Assembly (NCBI GenBank): GCA_043826135.1 | Contig: JBDRQT010000040.1 | Coordinates: forward strand, 993 to 64,992 | DNA length: 64,000 nucleotides | Direction of reading: 5' to 3' | Source: an archaeon | GTDB lineage: Archaea; Nanobdellota; Nanobdellia; Woesearchaeales; GW2011-AR15 | Part shown: piece after piece, positions 9,537 through 18,546 of the stretch | How the letters are laid out: each line of letters begins with the position of its first letter | Position numbering within the stretch: position 1 is the first letter of the stretch | Translations under genes and position numbers: made by a program | The notes under the pieces: generated by a model | Database searches by the model: none | Told to the model about the DNA's origin: nothing | Seen by the model: the letters and a program-made list of their open reading frames with translations, nothing else

Positions 9537-10408
9537 TATTTTTCCAATATATTGAGCATTACTTTATTAAAGTTTCTCTCGCAAAAATCCTTAGTTATCT
9601 CTATTCTTGGCGCGTGGAACTTCTGGTGCAGGTAAATCGGTTTTATATTTGGAAATATTCGTTTATAAATTCTTAAAGTTTTATCGAAATCTAGGTAAAT
9701 ATCATGTAGTGAGCCAATCAGGTAGACTTTTTTGTCGGTTATCCTAAATTTCACTTTCCTGGCATCGAATTCCAAAGTGTCGTGGAGAGTTTCCATGCAG
9801 ATCTTGAAGTCAAACCTTTTCCAGCCCTCTGAAAAATAAGTGAGATCTGTTCCTTGCATTACTTCATGGAGTTCCATGACCGACGTCACAAATTTGATAA
9901 TTCTCGGAGTATTAAATATCTTGTTTCCGATATTTTGCAGGCTTTTTGACTTCTCTGCTTTTTCCAGAGTTTTGCTCAGCGCATTCAGAAGTATTGGGCT
10001 GAAGGTCACTGCGCTTTTGCTGGCCCATGGCACAAGGAGATATATCTTTTTTATCTGGCTCCTGTCAATATCTGTCTGGAGCAGGTGCATAGTAATTGGT
10101 GCACCCATAGACGCACAGACGATGTGGAATTTCTTCAGTTTTATTTCTTTTATCCAGTCTTTGATGAACTCAGCTATCTTCTTCAAAGAGTGTCTCCCTT
10201 TAAGTTTCCCTGTTTCTCCATGACCAGGGAAATCAAGGCTGTATGTTGTAAAATGGTCAGAGAAAAAGTCGATTATGCCATAGAATCTCTCGATATCTGA
10301 CCTGAACCCTGATATGAAGATGAGGTTTTCGCCCTTGCCTTGTTTTATATATCTTGTTTTAATGCCGTTGACATTTACATAGGCGCATTTGTCTGTCAAA
10401 TCAATCAT
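9536..10408 (-). CDS. Alpha/beta-fold hydrolase (second copy of the hydrolase + DUF457 pair)
   Basis: 'VNGIKTRYIKQGKGENLIFISGF' aligns with the N-terminus of 5861..6733. Nucleophile elbow 'CASMGA'. I use internal Met54 (10408), because the track start 10567 overlaps the divergent gene at 10461 and adds 53 unmatched residues. Confidence 0.75.
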   Translation of the reverse strand: MIDLTDKCAYVNVNGIKTRYIKQGKGENLIFISGFRSDIERFYGIIDFFSDHFTTYSLDFPGHGETGKLKGRHSLKKIAEFIKDWIKEIKLKKFHIVCASMGAPITMHLLQTDIDRSQIKKIYLLVPWASKSAVTFSPILLNALSKTLEKAEKSKSLQNIGNKIFNTPRIIKFVTSVMELHEVMQGTDLTYFSEGWKRFDFKICMETLHDTLEFDARKVKFRITDKKVYLIGSLHDIYLDFDKTLRIYKRIFPNIKPIYLHQKFHAPRIEITKDFCERNFNKVMLNILEK

Positions 10409-10460
10409 ATCATCAATCAAACCAATAGAGATATAAAAAGCTTGCTCATTATTATTAAAA

Positions 10461-11270
10461 ATGGAACCGCTTTGGTATAAGTATACAAAAGGTGACTCGG
10501 ATAAGCCTGTGCTCTGTTTTTTGCATGGGCTTGCGGGTAGTTCGTCAATATATTCTGAGACTGTCAAATATTTTTCTAAAAAAGGATATAATATTTTGAT
10601 TATTGATTTGTTGGGTCATGGGTTATCAGATAAAGAGAGTGATATTAATTTATATAAATTCACGACACAGTGCAAATACATCAAGAGAATAGTAGATAAG
10701 GAACAAATACCTCATGTCATTCTTATCGGTCATTGTCTCGGAAGTTTGCTTTGTCAGGAATTTTGCAGATTATATGAAAAAAATGTTTTGGGCTTGATAT
10801 TAATTAATAGCCATTATAAAATACGCAGTAATAACATGATTCAATTGAAAATTAATCTAATGAAAGTTCTGGTTAAACTTTTTATTTTATTGGGCTTGTT
10901 TAAACGCGGTATACTAGGTCATGATACATACTCGAAGTATGCTAAGACCGCCGACTTTAGTCCAACTAGATTTTTTCTTTCAGATATTAAGTATACATCT
11001 GCAAAAGTAATGCAGTATTATTATAAATTAACTAGTGAATATGAAAATACTGAATTAGACAAAATAAAATGTCCGGTTCTATTGATCCATGGAAAGAAAG
11101 ACACTTTTTTTGATTATAAAATCAGTTTAGAGATGAGTGAAAAAATACCTAACTCAATGCTGCGACTAATAGAGAATGGAAATCATATCCTATCTATATC
11201 AAACAATGAGAAAATGAATAAATTGATTTTGGAATTTATCAAAACTTTCCAAATTCATAATCATAATTAG
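10461..11270 (+). CDS. Alpha/beta-fold hydrolase with Cys at the nucleophile-elbow position
   Basis: 'VLCFLHGLAGSS' oxyanion loop. The elbow reads 'LIGHCLGS' (G-H-C-L-G) instead of G-x-S-x-G. 'LLIHGKKD' and 'NGNHIL' supply the Asp and His candidates. Confidence 0.75.
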   Translation: MEPLWYKYTKGDSDKPVLCFLHGLAGSSSIYSETVKYFSKKGYNILIIDLLGHGLSDKESDINLYKFTTQCKYIKRIVDKEQIPHVILIGHCLGSLLCQEFCRLYEKNVLGLILINSHYKIRSNNMIQLKINLMKVLVKLFILLGLFKRGILGHDTYSKYAKTADFSPTRFFLSDIKYTSAKVMQYYYKLTSEYENTELDKIKCPVLLIHGKKDTFFDYKISLEMSEKIPNSMLRLIENGNHILSISNNEKMNKLILEFIKTFQIHNHN

Positions 11271-11946
11271 TCTTCTTGAACCCACTATGAAATAGATTAT
11301 ATATGAAAACCCAGACTCCGAAAAAAATGTATTTTATACCCTCTTTTTCAATCCTTCTAGGTGATGTCCATATCTCAACATCTGACAGAATTCGGAATTT
11401 TCCCAATTTAGCCGCCCTTCTGACATAATTTACGTCCTCGCTTACCTTAAGCACTTCATCATATCCACCTATCTTAATATGGATCCACTTATAGCAAGCA
11501 ATAAAGTAACCGCATGCATATGGAAGCGTGGACTGCATTAAATATTCAGCCAAAAACTGCATAATATTGACAAATTTGATAAATGGGTTCTTAGTAATCG
11601 CATAATGCTTGCAAGAACATGAACCAATCTTTCTCTGCAAAAAGTGTCGAATAAATACTTCAAGTTCATTAGCTCTTCTGAATTCTCCATCAGCATCCAA
11701 AAATAACAAAAGATCTCCTTTAGCAACCTTCGCGCCTGCATTCCTTCCCTTTGCAGGGGAGCCGTTATGAATTTTTACAACTCTGCAGCCGAATTTTCTA
11801 GCTATTGCGACTGTTTTATCCTTGGAATCTGAATCTGTCACAATTATCTCATAATCTTTGTAGGTCTGTTTCCCTATGCTCTCAAGAAGGATAGGAAGAT
11901 ATTTCTCTTCATTTAGTGTTGGGATTATGATGCTGAGAAAGACCAT
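11239..11946 (-). CDS. Family-2 glycosyltransferase
   Basis: 'LSIIIPTLNEEKYLPILLESI', 'VTDSDSKD', 'FLDADG' (DxD). Confidence 0.85.
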   Translation of the reverse strand: MVFLSIIIPTLNEEKYLPILLESIGKQTYKDYEIIVTDSDSKDKTVAIARKFGCRVVKIHNGSPAKGRNAGAKVAKGDLLLFLDADGEFRRANELEVFIRHFLQRKIGSCSCKHYAITKNPFIKFVNIMQFLAEYLMQSTLPYACGYFIACYKWIHIKIGGYDEVLKVSEDVNYVRRAAKLGKFRILSDVEIWTSPRRIEKEGIKYIFFGVWVFIYNLFHSGFKKTNYDYEFGKF

Positions 11947-11977
11947 TTAGATAAATAAAAAGAAATAGTATAAAAAA

Positions 11978-14401
11978 TCATCTATGTTTTTTTGCCAGTT
12001 TCTTCTCAGTGTCTATGACATTGAGAATTGTCTTGACAACTGCATCAGGTGTAACGGACAGGCTTTCGATGCCGCATCCTACAAGGAATTCAGCGTATCC
12101 CGGAACTGAACTCGGGGCATCACCGCAGAAACCCATGTGCTTCTTCTTCCTTTTGGCAACCTTTATCACTTCGCTGATGAGTTTTTTTACAGCATCATTT
12201 CTCTCATCATATATGTGCGCCACAAGCTCTGAATCCCTATCCAGCCCAAGCGTTAGTTGAGTAAGATCATTGCTTCCGATTGAAAATCCGTCAAAGATAT
12301 CCAGGAATTCATCAGCAAGCAAAACATTTGCAGGTATTTCGCACATTGCATAGACCCTAAGGCCATTCTTCTTCTGCTTTAGGCCGTTCTCTTCCATGAC
12401 TTTGAGGCATTTCTTACCTTCTTCTACAGTCCTGCAGAATGGGATCATGATAACAACGTTTGTCAGGCCCATATCATCCCTGACTTTCTTCAGTGCCATG
12501 CATTCAAGGTCAAACCCTTTCCTGTATCTCTCGTCGTAGTATCTTGATGCGCCTCTCCATCCAATCATTGGATTATCTTCAACAGGCTCAAAATCTTTTC
12601 CACCTATGAGATTTGCATATTCATTGCTCTTGAAATCAGACAGCCTTACAACCACATCATTTGGATAGAATGCTGCAGCAATAGTTGCGACTCCGTATGC
12701 GAGTTTGTCAACAAAATATTGTGCCTTATCCTTGTATCCGAATGTCAGCTGCCTAATAACCTCTTTGACTTTCTTATTTGTCAGCTTATCATAATTAAGT
12801 AGAGCAAGAGGATGTATCTTTATATAGGAATTAATGATAAATTCCTCTCTTGCAAGACCCACTCCATGGTTAGGCATACTGGCAAGCTCGAATGCCTGCT
12901 CTGGGTTTCCTATGTTCATCATGACTTTGGTCTTTGGCTGAACTAACTTTTTGAGGTCATGCTTGATCACTTCATATTTTAATAAGCCTTCATAAACAAC
13001 GCCTTCAGATCCTCTGGAACAGTCAACAGTAACCTCTTTTCCATCTTTGACTGAGGTTGTGCCTGTAAGGGTTGCAACGATACAAGGTATTCCAAGCTCT
13101 CTTGAGACAATCGCAGCATGGCATGTTCTTCCACCTTTGTCTGTCACAATAGCTGATGCTATCTTCATGATTGGCTCCCAATCGGGATCTGTCATCTCTG
13201 TTACAAGGATTTCTCCTTTCCTGAATTTCTCGATATCCCTGACACTCCTTATAACATGCGCCTTTCCCTGCCCTATCTTTTCACCTACCGATCTTCCTGT
13301 GACAAGAGCCTTTCCCTGCTGCTTGAGTACATATTTTTCCAAGACTTGAGCGTTTCTCTGGCTGTGTACTGTTTCCGGCCTTGCCTGGACAATAAACAGT
13401 TTTCCTGATTCTCCGTCCTTTGCCCATTCCATATCCATGGGCTTATGATATCCTGCTTTCTTTGAATAATGATCCTCAATAATGCAGGCCCATTTGGCAA
13501 GAGTTAGTATCTCCTTATCATTTATGACAAATTTATGCCTTTCAGCATCCGGAACATTGATATTTTTCACAGGCCTGATGCCGCTTGCCTTGGTGTAGAT
13601 CATCTTCACTTTCTTGCTTCCGACAACCTTGGAAATAATTGCATTCTTGCCTTGTTTTAGTGTTGGCTTGAATACATAATATTCATCAGGATTAACTGCG
13701 CCCTGCACAATATTTTCTCCAAGTCCGTATGCGCCGGTAATAAATGCTGCATCCTTGAACCCTGATTCTGTATCAATAGAGAACATCACTCCCGAGCATG
13801 CTTTATCGCTTCTTACCATCTTTTGCACTGCTATGGATAGGCCAATTTTAAAGTGGTCAAAATTTTTGTCAACCCTATAGCTTATCGCCCTATCTGTGAA
13901 GAGCGATGCAAAGCAAGACATGCACGCTTTCTCAAGTGCTCGTTCTCCAACAATATTTAGATAAGTATCCTGTTGGCCGGCAAAACTTGCATCAGGAAGA
14001 TCTTCTGCAGTTGCTGAACTTCTGACAGCAACATCGACATTTTTCTTCTTAAACATCTTTGATAATTTCTTATATTCTGCAAATATTTTTTTCCTGAGAT
14101 CTGCCGGCATCTCAGCTTCCCTGATAAGTTTTCTTATCGCAGAGCCTTTTTTCTGAAGAGCAATCATATCATGTGTGTTCAGGTCTTTTAAAATATCCTT
14201 TATCTTTCGTCTGATCCCGCTTTTATCAATGATATAGAAATAGGCTTTTGCAGTTATTGCAAACCCATTTGGGATATTTACTCCTTTTTTTGTCAGAATC
14301 CTATACATTTCACCAAGTGAAGCATTTTTTCCGCCGACAATAGGGACATCTTCAATGCCAAGCTGGTTAAACCATAGAATATAAGCTGATTTTTTGTTCA
14401 T
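11978..14401 (-). CDS. ppsA: Phosphoenolpyruvate synthase (pyruvate, water dikinase)
   Basis: 807 aa. N-terminal ATP-grasp 'VGGKNASLGEM', phospho-His swivel 'GGRTCHAAIVSRELGIPCIV', C-terminal PEP-utiliser barrel 'GSNDLTQLTLGLDRDS'. SD AAGAGGTG upstream. Confidence 0.95.
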   Translation of the reverse strand: MNKKSAYILWFNQLGIEDVPIVGGKNASLGEMYRILTKKGVNIPNGFAITAKAYFYIIDKSGIRRKIKDILKDLNTHDMIALQKKGSAIRKLIREAEMPADLRKKIFAEYKKLSKMFKKKNVDVAVRSSATAEDLPDASFAGQQDTYLNIVGERALEKACMSCFASLFTDRAISYRVDKNFDHFKIGLSIAVQKMVRSDKACSGVMFSIDTESGFKDAAFITGAYGLGENIVQGAVNPDEYYVFKPTLKQGKNAIISKVVGSKKVKMIYTKASGIRPVKNINVPDAERHKFVINDKEILTLAKWACIIEDHYSKKAGYHKPMDMEWAKDGESGKLFIVQARPETVHSQRNAQVLEKYVLKQQGKALVTGRSVGEKIGQGKAHVIRSVRDIEKFRKGEILVTEMTDPDWEPIMKIASAIVTDKGGRTCHAAIVSRELGIPCIVATLTGTTSVKDGKEVTVDCSRGSEGVVYEGLLKYEVIKHDLKKLVQPKTKVMMNIGNPEQAFELASMPNHGVGLAREEFIINSYIKIHPLALLNYDKLTNKKVKEVIRQLTFGYKDKAQYFVDKLAYGVATIAAAFYPNDVVVRLSDFKSNEYANLIGGKDFEPVEDNPMIGWRGASRYYDERYRKGFDLECMALKKVRDDMGLTNVVIMIPFCRTVEEGKKCLKVMEENGLKQKKNGLRVYAMCEIPANVLLADEFLDIFDGFSIGSNDLTQLTLGLDRDSELVAHIYDERNDAVKKLISEVIKVAKRKKKHMGFCGDAPSSVPGYAEFLVGCGIESLSVTPDAVVKTILNVIDTEKKLAKKHR

Positions 14402-14490
14402 ATCTACACCTCTTTTTTGCTAATGATTATACTCTAATAAATATTAGGTACTGTTTATAAAAGTATCTTTTACAGATAGAATCGTTTAAT

Positions 14491-15111
14491 TTAAATTTTA
14501 CCTAATTTCTCAAGTCTCCAACAACCAACTTCGATTCTTTGAATCCGTTTAGTATGAAAGGACATAGAATTCTTCAATGGAAAATCGAACCTGAAGAAAT
14601 GCGTTATCTTAAAGCCGTTGTCCTTTGAAATGCTCTCGATGAATTTCTGGGATTCCAGTTTATGGAATGAATAGATCACATCTGCAGAGAAGAATGCCTT
14701 CTCTAAAAATTTTCTGTCTGCATGCTCGCTCTTTACGCCAAAAGGAGGATTCTGGAAAATGACATCGACCTTGCCTGAAAAGCTGCTTACGTCCTGGCAT
14801 ATCTCTTCGAATCCTTTAGTGAATCCCATCAGCTGCAGGTTTTCTTTGAGCTTGCTAAGAGGTTTTTCATCCAGGTCAATAAAAAAAACTTTTTTTGGAG
14901 AAAACATAAGTGCACCGATTCCAAGGATTCCTGTACCGCAGCCGAAATCTGCAATAATTTTATTTTCAATATCTCCAAGCTGATGGCCTAGCCACAGTAT
15001 TTCAGCTGCAATTTCCGAATCCGTCGGATATTGCTCAAGTCTTACAGAGGGATTCTCAAAGCTTTGCAGCCTGGAGAGAGCAACTGCAAGCTGTTTTTTC
15101 GAAGATATCAT
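14491..15111 (-). CDS. Class I SAM-dependent methyltransferase, METTL5-like (NPPF-type N-methylase, probable rRNA/RNA target)
   Basis: Motif I 'DFGCGTGILGIG', motif IV 'FQNPPFG'. 206 aa. Confidence 0.8.
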   Translation of the reverse strand: MISSKKQLAVALSRLQSFENPSVRLEQYPTDSEIAAEILWLGHQLGDIENKIIADFGCGTGILGIGALMFSPKKVFFIDLDEKPLSKLKENLQLMGFTKGFEEICQDVSSFSGKVDVIFQNPPFGVKSEHADRKFLEKAFFSADVIYSFHKLESQKFIESISKDNGFKITHFFRFDFPLKNSMSFHTKRIQRIEVGCWRLEKLGKI

Positions 15112-15173
15112 AACTCACCTAAAAACAAGAATCTTTATAAATTTTTAATATTAACCTTCCAAAGGGGTGCACT

Positions 15174-15668
15174 TTGGCAGATATCTTTGGCTATAAAAAA
15201 GAACTGATTAAGATTAAGAACTCTTTCGGTAAGATAAAATCCGAGATGAACGACCATCTTGAATCCATTAATGAGAATACTAATGAGATTGTAGCAATTT
15301 CTGAATATACTGAGCAGCTTGAGGCGATGATACTAAAGCTGGGAGAACGGGTAGATGAGCTTGAACTTGAACTTGCAAAAATCAAAGGCATTAAAAAATC
15401 ATCAATGAGTGATTATGAGAATATTGTTCTGACTCCAAAAGAAACAGAGATATTCAAGGTCTTATATGAGACCAACGGAAACCTTATGGATTATAATAAG
15501 ATAGCAAGGAATCTTGGGCTTACCGAAGAGATTGCCAGAAAAACAGTCGAGAACCTAATCATCAAAGGAATCCCTGTTATAAAAAAATATTTTGAGGGCA
15601 GCATCTATCTGATCTTGGATTCGGATTTCAGGAACCTCCAGGCAAAAGAGAACATCATAAAATTCTAA
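15174..15668 (+). CDS. Coiled-coil protein with C-terminal HTH (LuxR/GerE- or MarR-like)
   Basis: TTG start preceded by AGGGGTG. The N-terminal ~70 aa have heptad character. C-terminus 'LTPKETEIFKVLYETNGNLMDYNKIARNLGLTEEIARKTVENLIIKG'. Confidence 0.4.
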   Translation: MADIFGYKKELIKIKNSFGKIKSEMNDHLESINENTNEIVAISEYTEQLEAMILKLGERVDELELELAKIKGIKKSSMSDYENIVLTPKETEIFKVLYETNGNLMDYNKIARNLGLTEEIARKTVENLIIKGIPVIKKYFEGSIYLILDSDFRNLQAKENIIKF

Positions 15669-15674
15669 TCATAA

Positions 15675-15686
15675 GATTTATATAGG
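15675..15686 (+). promoter_or_regulatory. TATA box (TTTATATA) for leaderless 15708 gene
   Basis: The TTTATATA centre lies ~27 nt upstream of the ATG at 15708, with no SD in between. Confidence 0.5.
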
Positions 15687-15707
15687 ATTTCTGTTATAGT
15701 CTAGTCT

Positions 15708-18149
15708 ATGGGGCTTTTTTCACATTCTAAATCTCGGGGTAGTGATGCAGCAGCGCTGGCCAGGTTAAATGAACTGGAATTCGAGAAAGTCAAGAAATCT
15801 GTAAATGGACTATTTGAGAAGGCATATTGCGCAAAATATAGGTTCACCTACGAAGATTTGAAACTTGAGATAAAAGAAAAAAATCCTGACCTAAAAGATC
15901 TGCAGAAAGTTGAATATATATGTGATGAATTAAATGAGCTGGAATTTGACAAGGCGAAAATAACCACCGAAAAACTAAAAAGAATAATGGATGACTCGAA
16001 TAATCTAGCTTCAGCATTCATTGAATCAAACAAAGATCCGGTTGACAAAATAAAGGAAGACTTCAAGGAGATCGATTCCGATAAAAACATCGCGCCGCCT
16101 GCTATGTTCAAGAATAATGCAACTCCTGTCATTGAAAAAATAGAAATCGATTCCAAAAAAAACATCGCGCCACCCGCTATGTTCAAGAATAATACGGCTC
16201 CCGTCATAGAAAAAATCGATAAAAAAATTAAAGATAATGCTAAAAAAAACGTATTCTCTGGCTTGTTCAAGAAAAAAACAGAACCCATTATCGAGAAGGT
16301 TGATGAAAAAATTGAAATTGATGCACTTGCAGATGATATGTTCGCCCCGCCCGAATCAGTTCTTATGCAATCAAAACCAGCAAGCCCGCAGCTTCCACAA
16401 AGAATAGAAAGTCTGCAGGAAAATCTATCAAAAGAAACGCCAACTTTTAGCGTTCCAGAGACATTAAAGAAAACAGAGCTTGCGGATCTAGTAAAGAATC
16501 TGGAAAGGAACAAGAAAGAGATACGTAGCGAGATAAATCTTATTGAGACTGAGCAGGTAGTGCTCGAAAAAGAAAAAAAAATTGAAGCCTCCGCAAGGAA
16601 ACTTCCAAAATTTAAACTTATAAAGACACAGATAGATGACGATTTGAATGATTTGAAAGAGAAAAAATTGACCCTTCAAAAAAAGGAAGCAGAGATTGAT
16701 GAGCGCATAAAAAAGATTAGCAGCATGGAAACAGAGCTTGAGCAGAAGACAAAACAGCTATCTAATGACAAAGATGTCCTGAATGAAAAAACTATCTATC
16801 TTGAATCAAAAGAAAAGGTGATTGAAGAGATAAAAGAGGACATTGAAAAGACATATCAGAGTGCAGTAAAGGAAATTGACTTGATAAAAAAAGACCTGAA
16901 AACAAAAGAGAATGCTTTTATTGCCATCCAGGAGTTTTTCAACAAGAGAGAAGACAGACTTCATCATGAAGAATCTAACCTTCTGACTGAAAAAAGAAGC
17001 TATGGGAAACTTGTCTCAAACCTGCTTGGTGAACATATAAAAATTGCACAGGCTGATCTCCAAAAAACCACAGAGATAATTGATGTTGAAAAGAAAAAAG
17101 AGGCGGCTTTAGATTCTGAAATTGATAAACTGAGAAAGCAGTTCAAAATTCTAAAAAAGCAAAAAGAACTGTTTGATGCTGAGATAGCAGGAAAGGATAA
17201 TTACTTTGGAAAGACTCACTCTGAATTAAAGGTGAAAGATAAAGATTTCGTGAACCTGAAGAATGATTTGGACAAAAAGCTTGATCTGCTCCTTAGCAAA
17301 GAAAAATCACTTAAGAAGATAGAAGCTGACCTTGACCAGGTGGAAATTGATGCAAGGGAAAGATCAAGGCATCTTGAAGAAAAAGAATTCAATATCGACA
17401 CAGCTCAGAAAGATGCTGAAAGGCTGCATTTCAACTTAAAGAATGATGTGATAAGGCTCCGCCTGAAAGAAAGGCAGCTGGAAAAAAGGCTGTCTTCGTT
17501 CGACCACATAAAAATGGATATAAGAAGAGCAATTGCCAGGGAGAAAAGCGCTGTCACCAGGATTGAGAAAAAACTTCAGAAAAAAGGATATACAATTGGA
17601 AGAGAGCTCCATCAGACTGATAAGCTGGACAAATTCTATGATTCTGAAATAAAATCCGTGCTGGACCTCGCCCACGCTCCACGGGAGAACGATTTGCAGG
17701 TTAAAAATGTTAGTTACCGTGAATATGATGAAGAAATTGGTCATCCGAATGTGCTTGATATACTGAGGCTCCTGAATATTGCAAAAGGATATCTAAGCAA
17801 GGGCGATAAAACTAAGACAAAAGCAAGCTATGAAGAGATTCAGAGACTATTTGGCGAACTTGAGGAAGATGAACGTGAAGAATTGTATCCTGAGATAACA
17901 AGAGTATTTACAGAAAAGGATTTCGTCACCAATGCAGGTTACACTAATGATAATTCAAGCAATAATATTGATTCCATGATTAGGGATTTTGAAGACTCTG
18001 TTCATTCCGGAAACCTTCAGGTATCAGGAGAGATATATGCCCAGATACAGGACAGATACCAGGAGATGCCAAAAGAAGACAAGGGCAAATATTATGGAAA
18101 GATAATGTCTCTTTACAATAAGCTAAGGCCAGTAGCGGCTACGATGTAA
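15708..18149 (+). CDS. 813-aa Lys/Glu-rich coiled-coil protein with an N-terminal tandem-repeat region
   Basis: Long heptad-like K/E/L-rich central region (aa ~250-640), internal 25-aa repeats, no enzymatic motif recognised. Confidence 0.5.
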   Translation: MGLFSHSKSRGSDAAALARLNELEFEKVKKSVNGLFEKAYCAKYRFTYEDLKLEIKEKNPDLKDLQKVEYICDELNELEFDKAKITTEKLKRIMDDSNNLASAFIESNKDPVDKIKEDFKEIDSDKNIAPPAMFKNNATPVIEKIEIDSKKNIAPPAMFKNNTAPVIEKIDKKIKDNAKKNVFSGLFKKKTEPIIEKVDEKIEIDALADDMFAPPESVLMQSKPASPQLPQRIESLQENLSKETPTFSVPETLKKTELADLVKNLERNKKEIRSEINLIETEQVVLEKEKKIEASARKLPKFKLIKTQIDDDLNDLKEKKLTLQKKEAEIDERIKKISSMETELEQKTKQLSNDKDVLNEKTIYLESKEKVIEEIKEDIEKTYQSAVKEIDLIKKDLKTKENAFIAIQEFFNKREDRLHHEESNLLTEKRSYGKLVSNLLGEHIKIAQADLQKTTEIIDVEKKKEAALDSEIDKLRKQFKILKKQKELFDAEIAGKDNYFGKTHSELKVKDKDFVNLKNDLDKKLDLLLSKEKSLKKIEADLDQVEIDARERSRHLEEKEFNIDTAQKDAERLHFNLKNDVIRLRLKERQLEKRLSSFDHIKMDIRRAIAREKSAVTRIEKKLQKKGYTIGRELHQTDKLDKFYDSEIKSVLDLAHAPRENDLQVKNVSYREYDEEIGHPNVLDILRLLNIAKGYLSKGDKTKTKASYEEIQRLFGELEEDEREELYPEITRVFTEKDFVTNAGYTNDNSSNNIDSMIRDFEDSVHSGNLQVSGEIYAQIQDRYQEMPKEDKGKYYGKIMSLYNKLRPVAATM
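16074..16223 (+). repeat. 2 x 75-nt in-frame tandem repeat (DS(D/K)KNIAPPAMFKNN..PVIEKI), with a degenerate third unit following
   Basis: Copy 1 is 16074-16148 and copy 2 is 16149-16223; the copies differ at only a few positions. A related 'DMFAPPES' lies downstream. Confidence 0.8.
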
Positions 18150-18177
18150 TACCTTAATGGAACACTCACTTTGCAGA

Positions 18178-18546
18178 TTATAATTTCTGATTTTTCACAT
18201 CTGCCTTTGGAAGAAATCCCAACCCTTCTAATATAAGTTTTTTTTGTTCTTGATTGTCAACTATTATTATTTCAATCCCTGCATCTTTTTCAGTTACACT
18301 TAAAATTCCCATTGCTTTTTTGAGCACAGGCTCATTATCCAATCTAATAACAAAAAAATACATGCCTTCTAGCTTACCATATTTAAACCCCTGATCCTGC
18401 GAAAGAAACAATCCACCAAACATTGCGCTGCTTTTCCTGCTCTTTATGAAGGTTTCTGCTAATTTTTTGATTTGTTTATCTTCCTTACTCTTGGCCTTGA
18501 ATCTAAATACTAAAAATTTTATCATTAATGTTTTAGTTAACCCCAT
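18178..18546 (-). CDS. Hypothetical 122-aa protein (C-terminus faintly GNAT-like)
   Basis: The ORF abuts the stop of 18547..19986 with zero spacer. 'IIIVDNQEQKKLILEGLGFLP' resembles a GNAT C-terminal motif, but the protein is too short for a full fold. Confidence 0.35.
   Translation of the reverse strand: MGLTKTLMIKFLVFRFKAKSKEDKQIKKLAETFIKSRKSSAMFGGLFLSQDQGFKYGKLEGMYFFVIRLDNEPVLKKAMGILSVTEKDAGIEIIIVDNQEQKKLILEGLGFLPKADVKNQKL

Noticed and set aside
9536-10567. N-terminal extensions in the track ORFs (9536..10567, 7867..9066, 52390.., 54560..54901, 43351..44073, 44086..44409, 37653..)
   Set aside because: The extensions overlap neighbouring genes, start at TTG/GTG, or add residues with no counterpart in paralogs or families. 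Internal ATGs with ATGA coupling, an SD or a TATA box at -27 fit better.
15848-16513. 221-aa antisense ORF within the coiled-coil gene, plus similar antisense or out-of-frame ORFs in the track (e.g. 4612..5001, 7276..7572, 12009..12260, 24231..24566, 51923..52315)
   Set aside because: Each lies entirely within a gene carrying strong family motifs on the other strand or frame. They are low-complexity or Ser/Leu-rich shadow translations.
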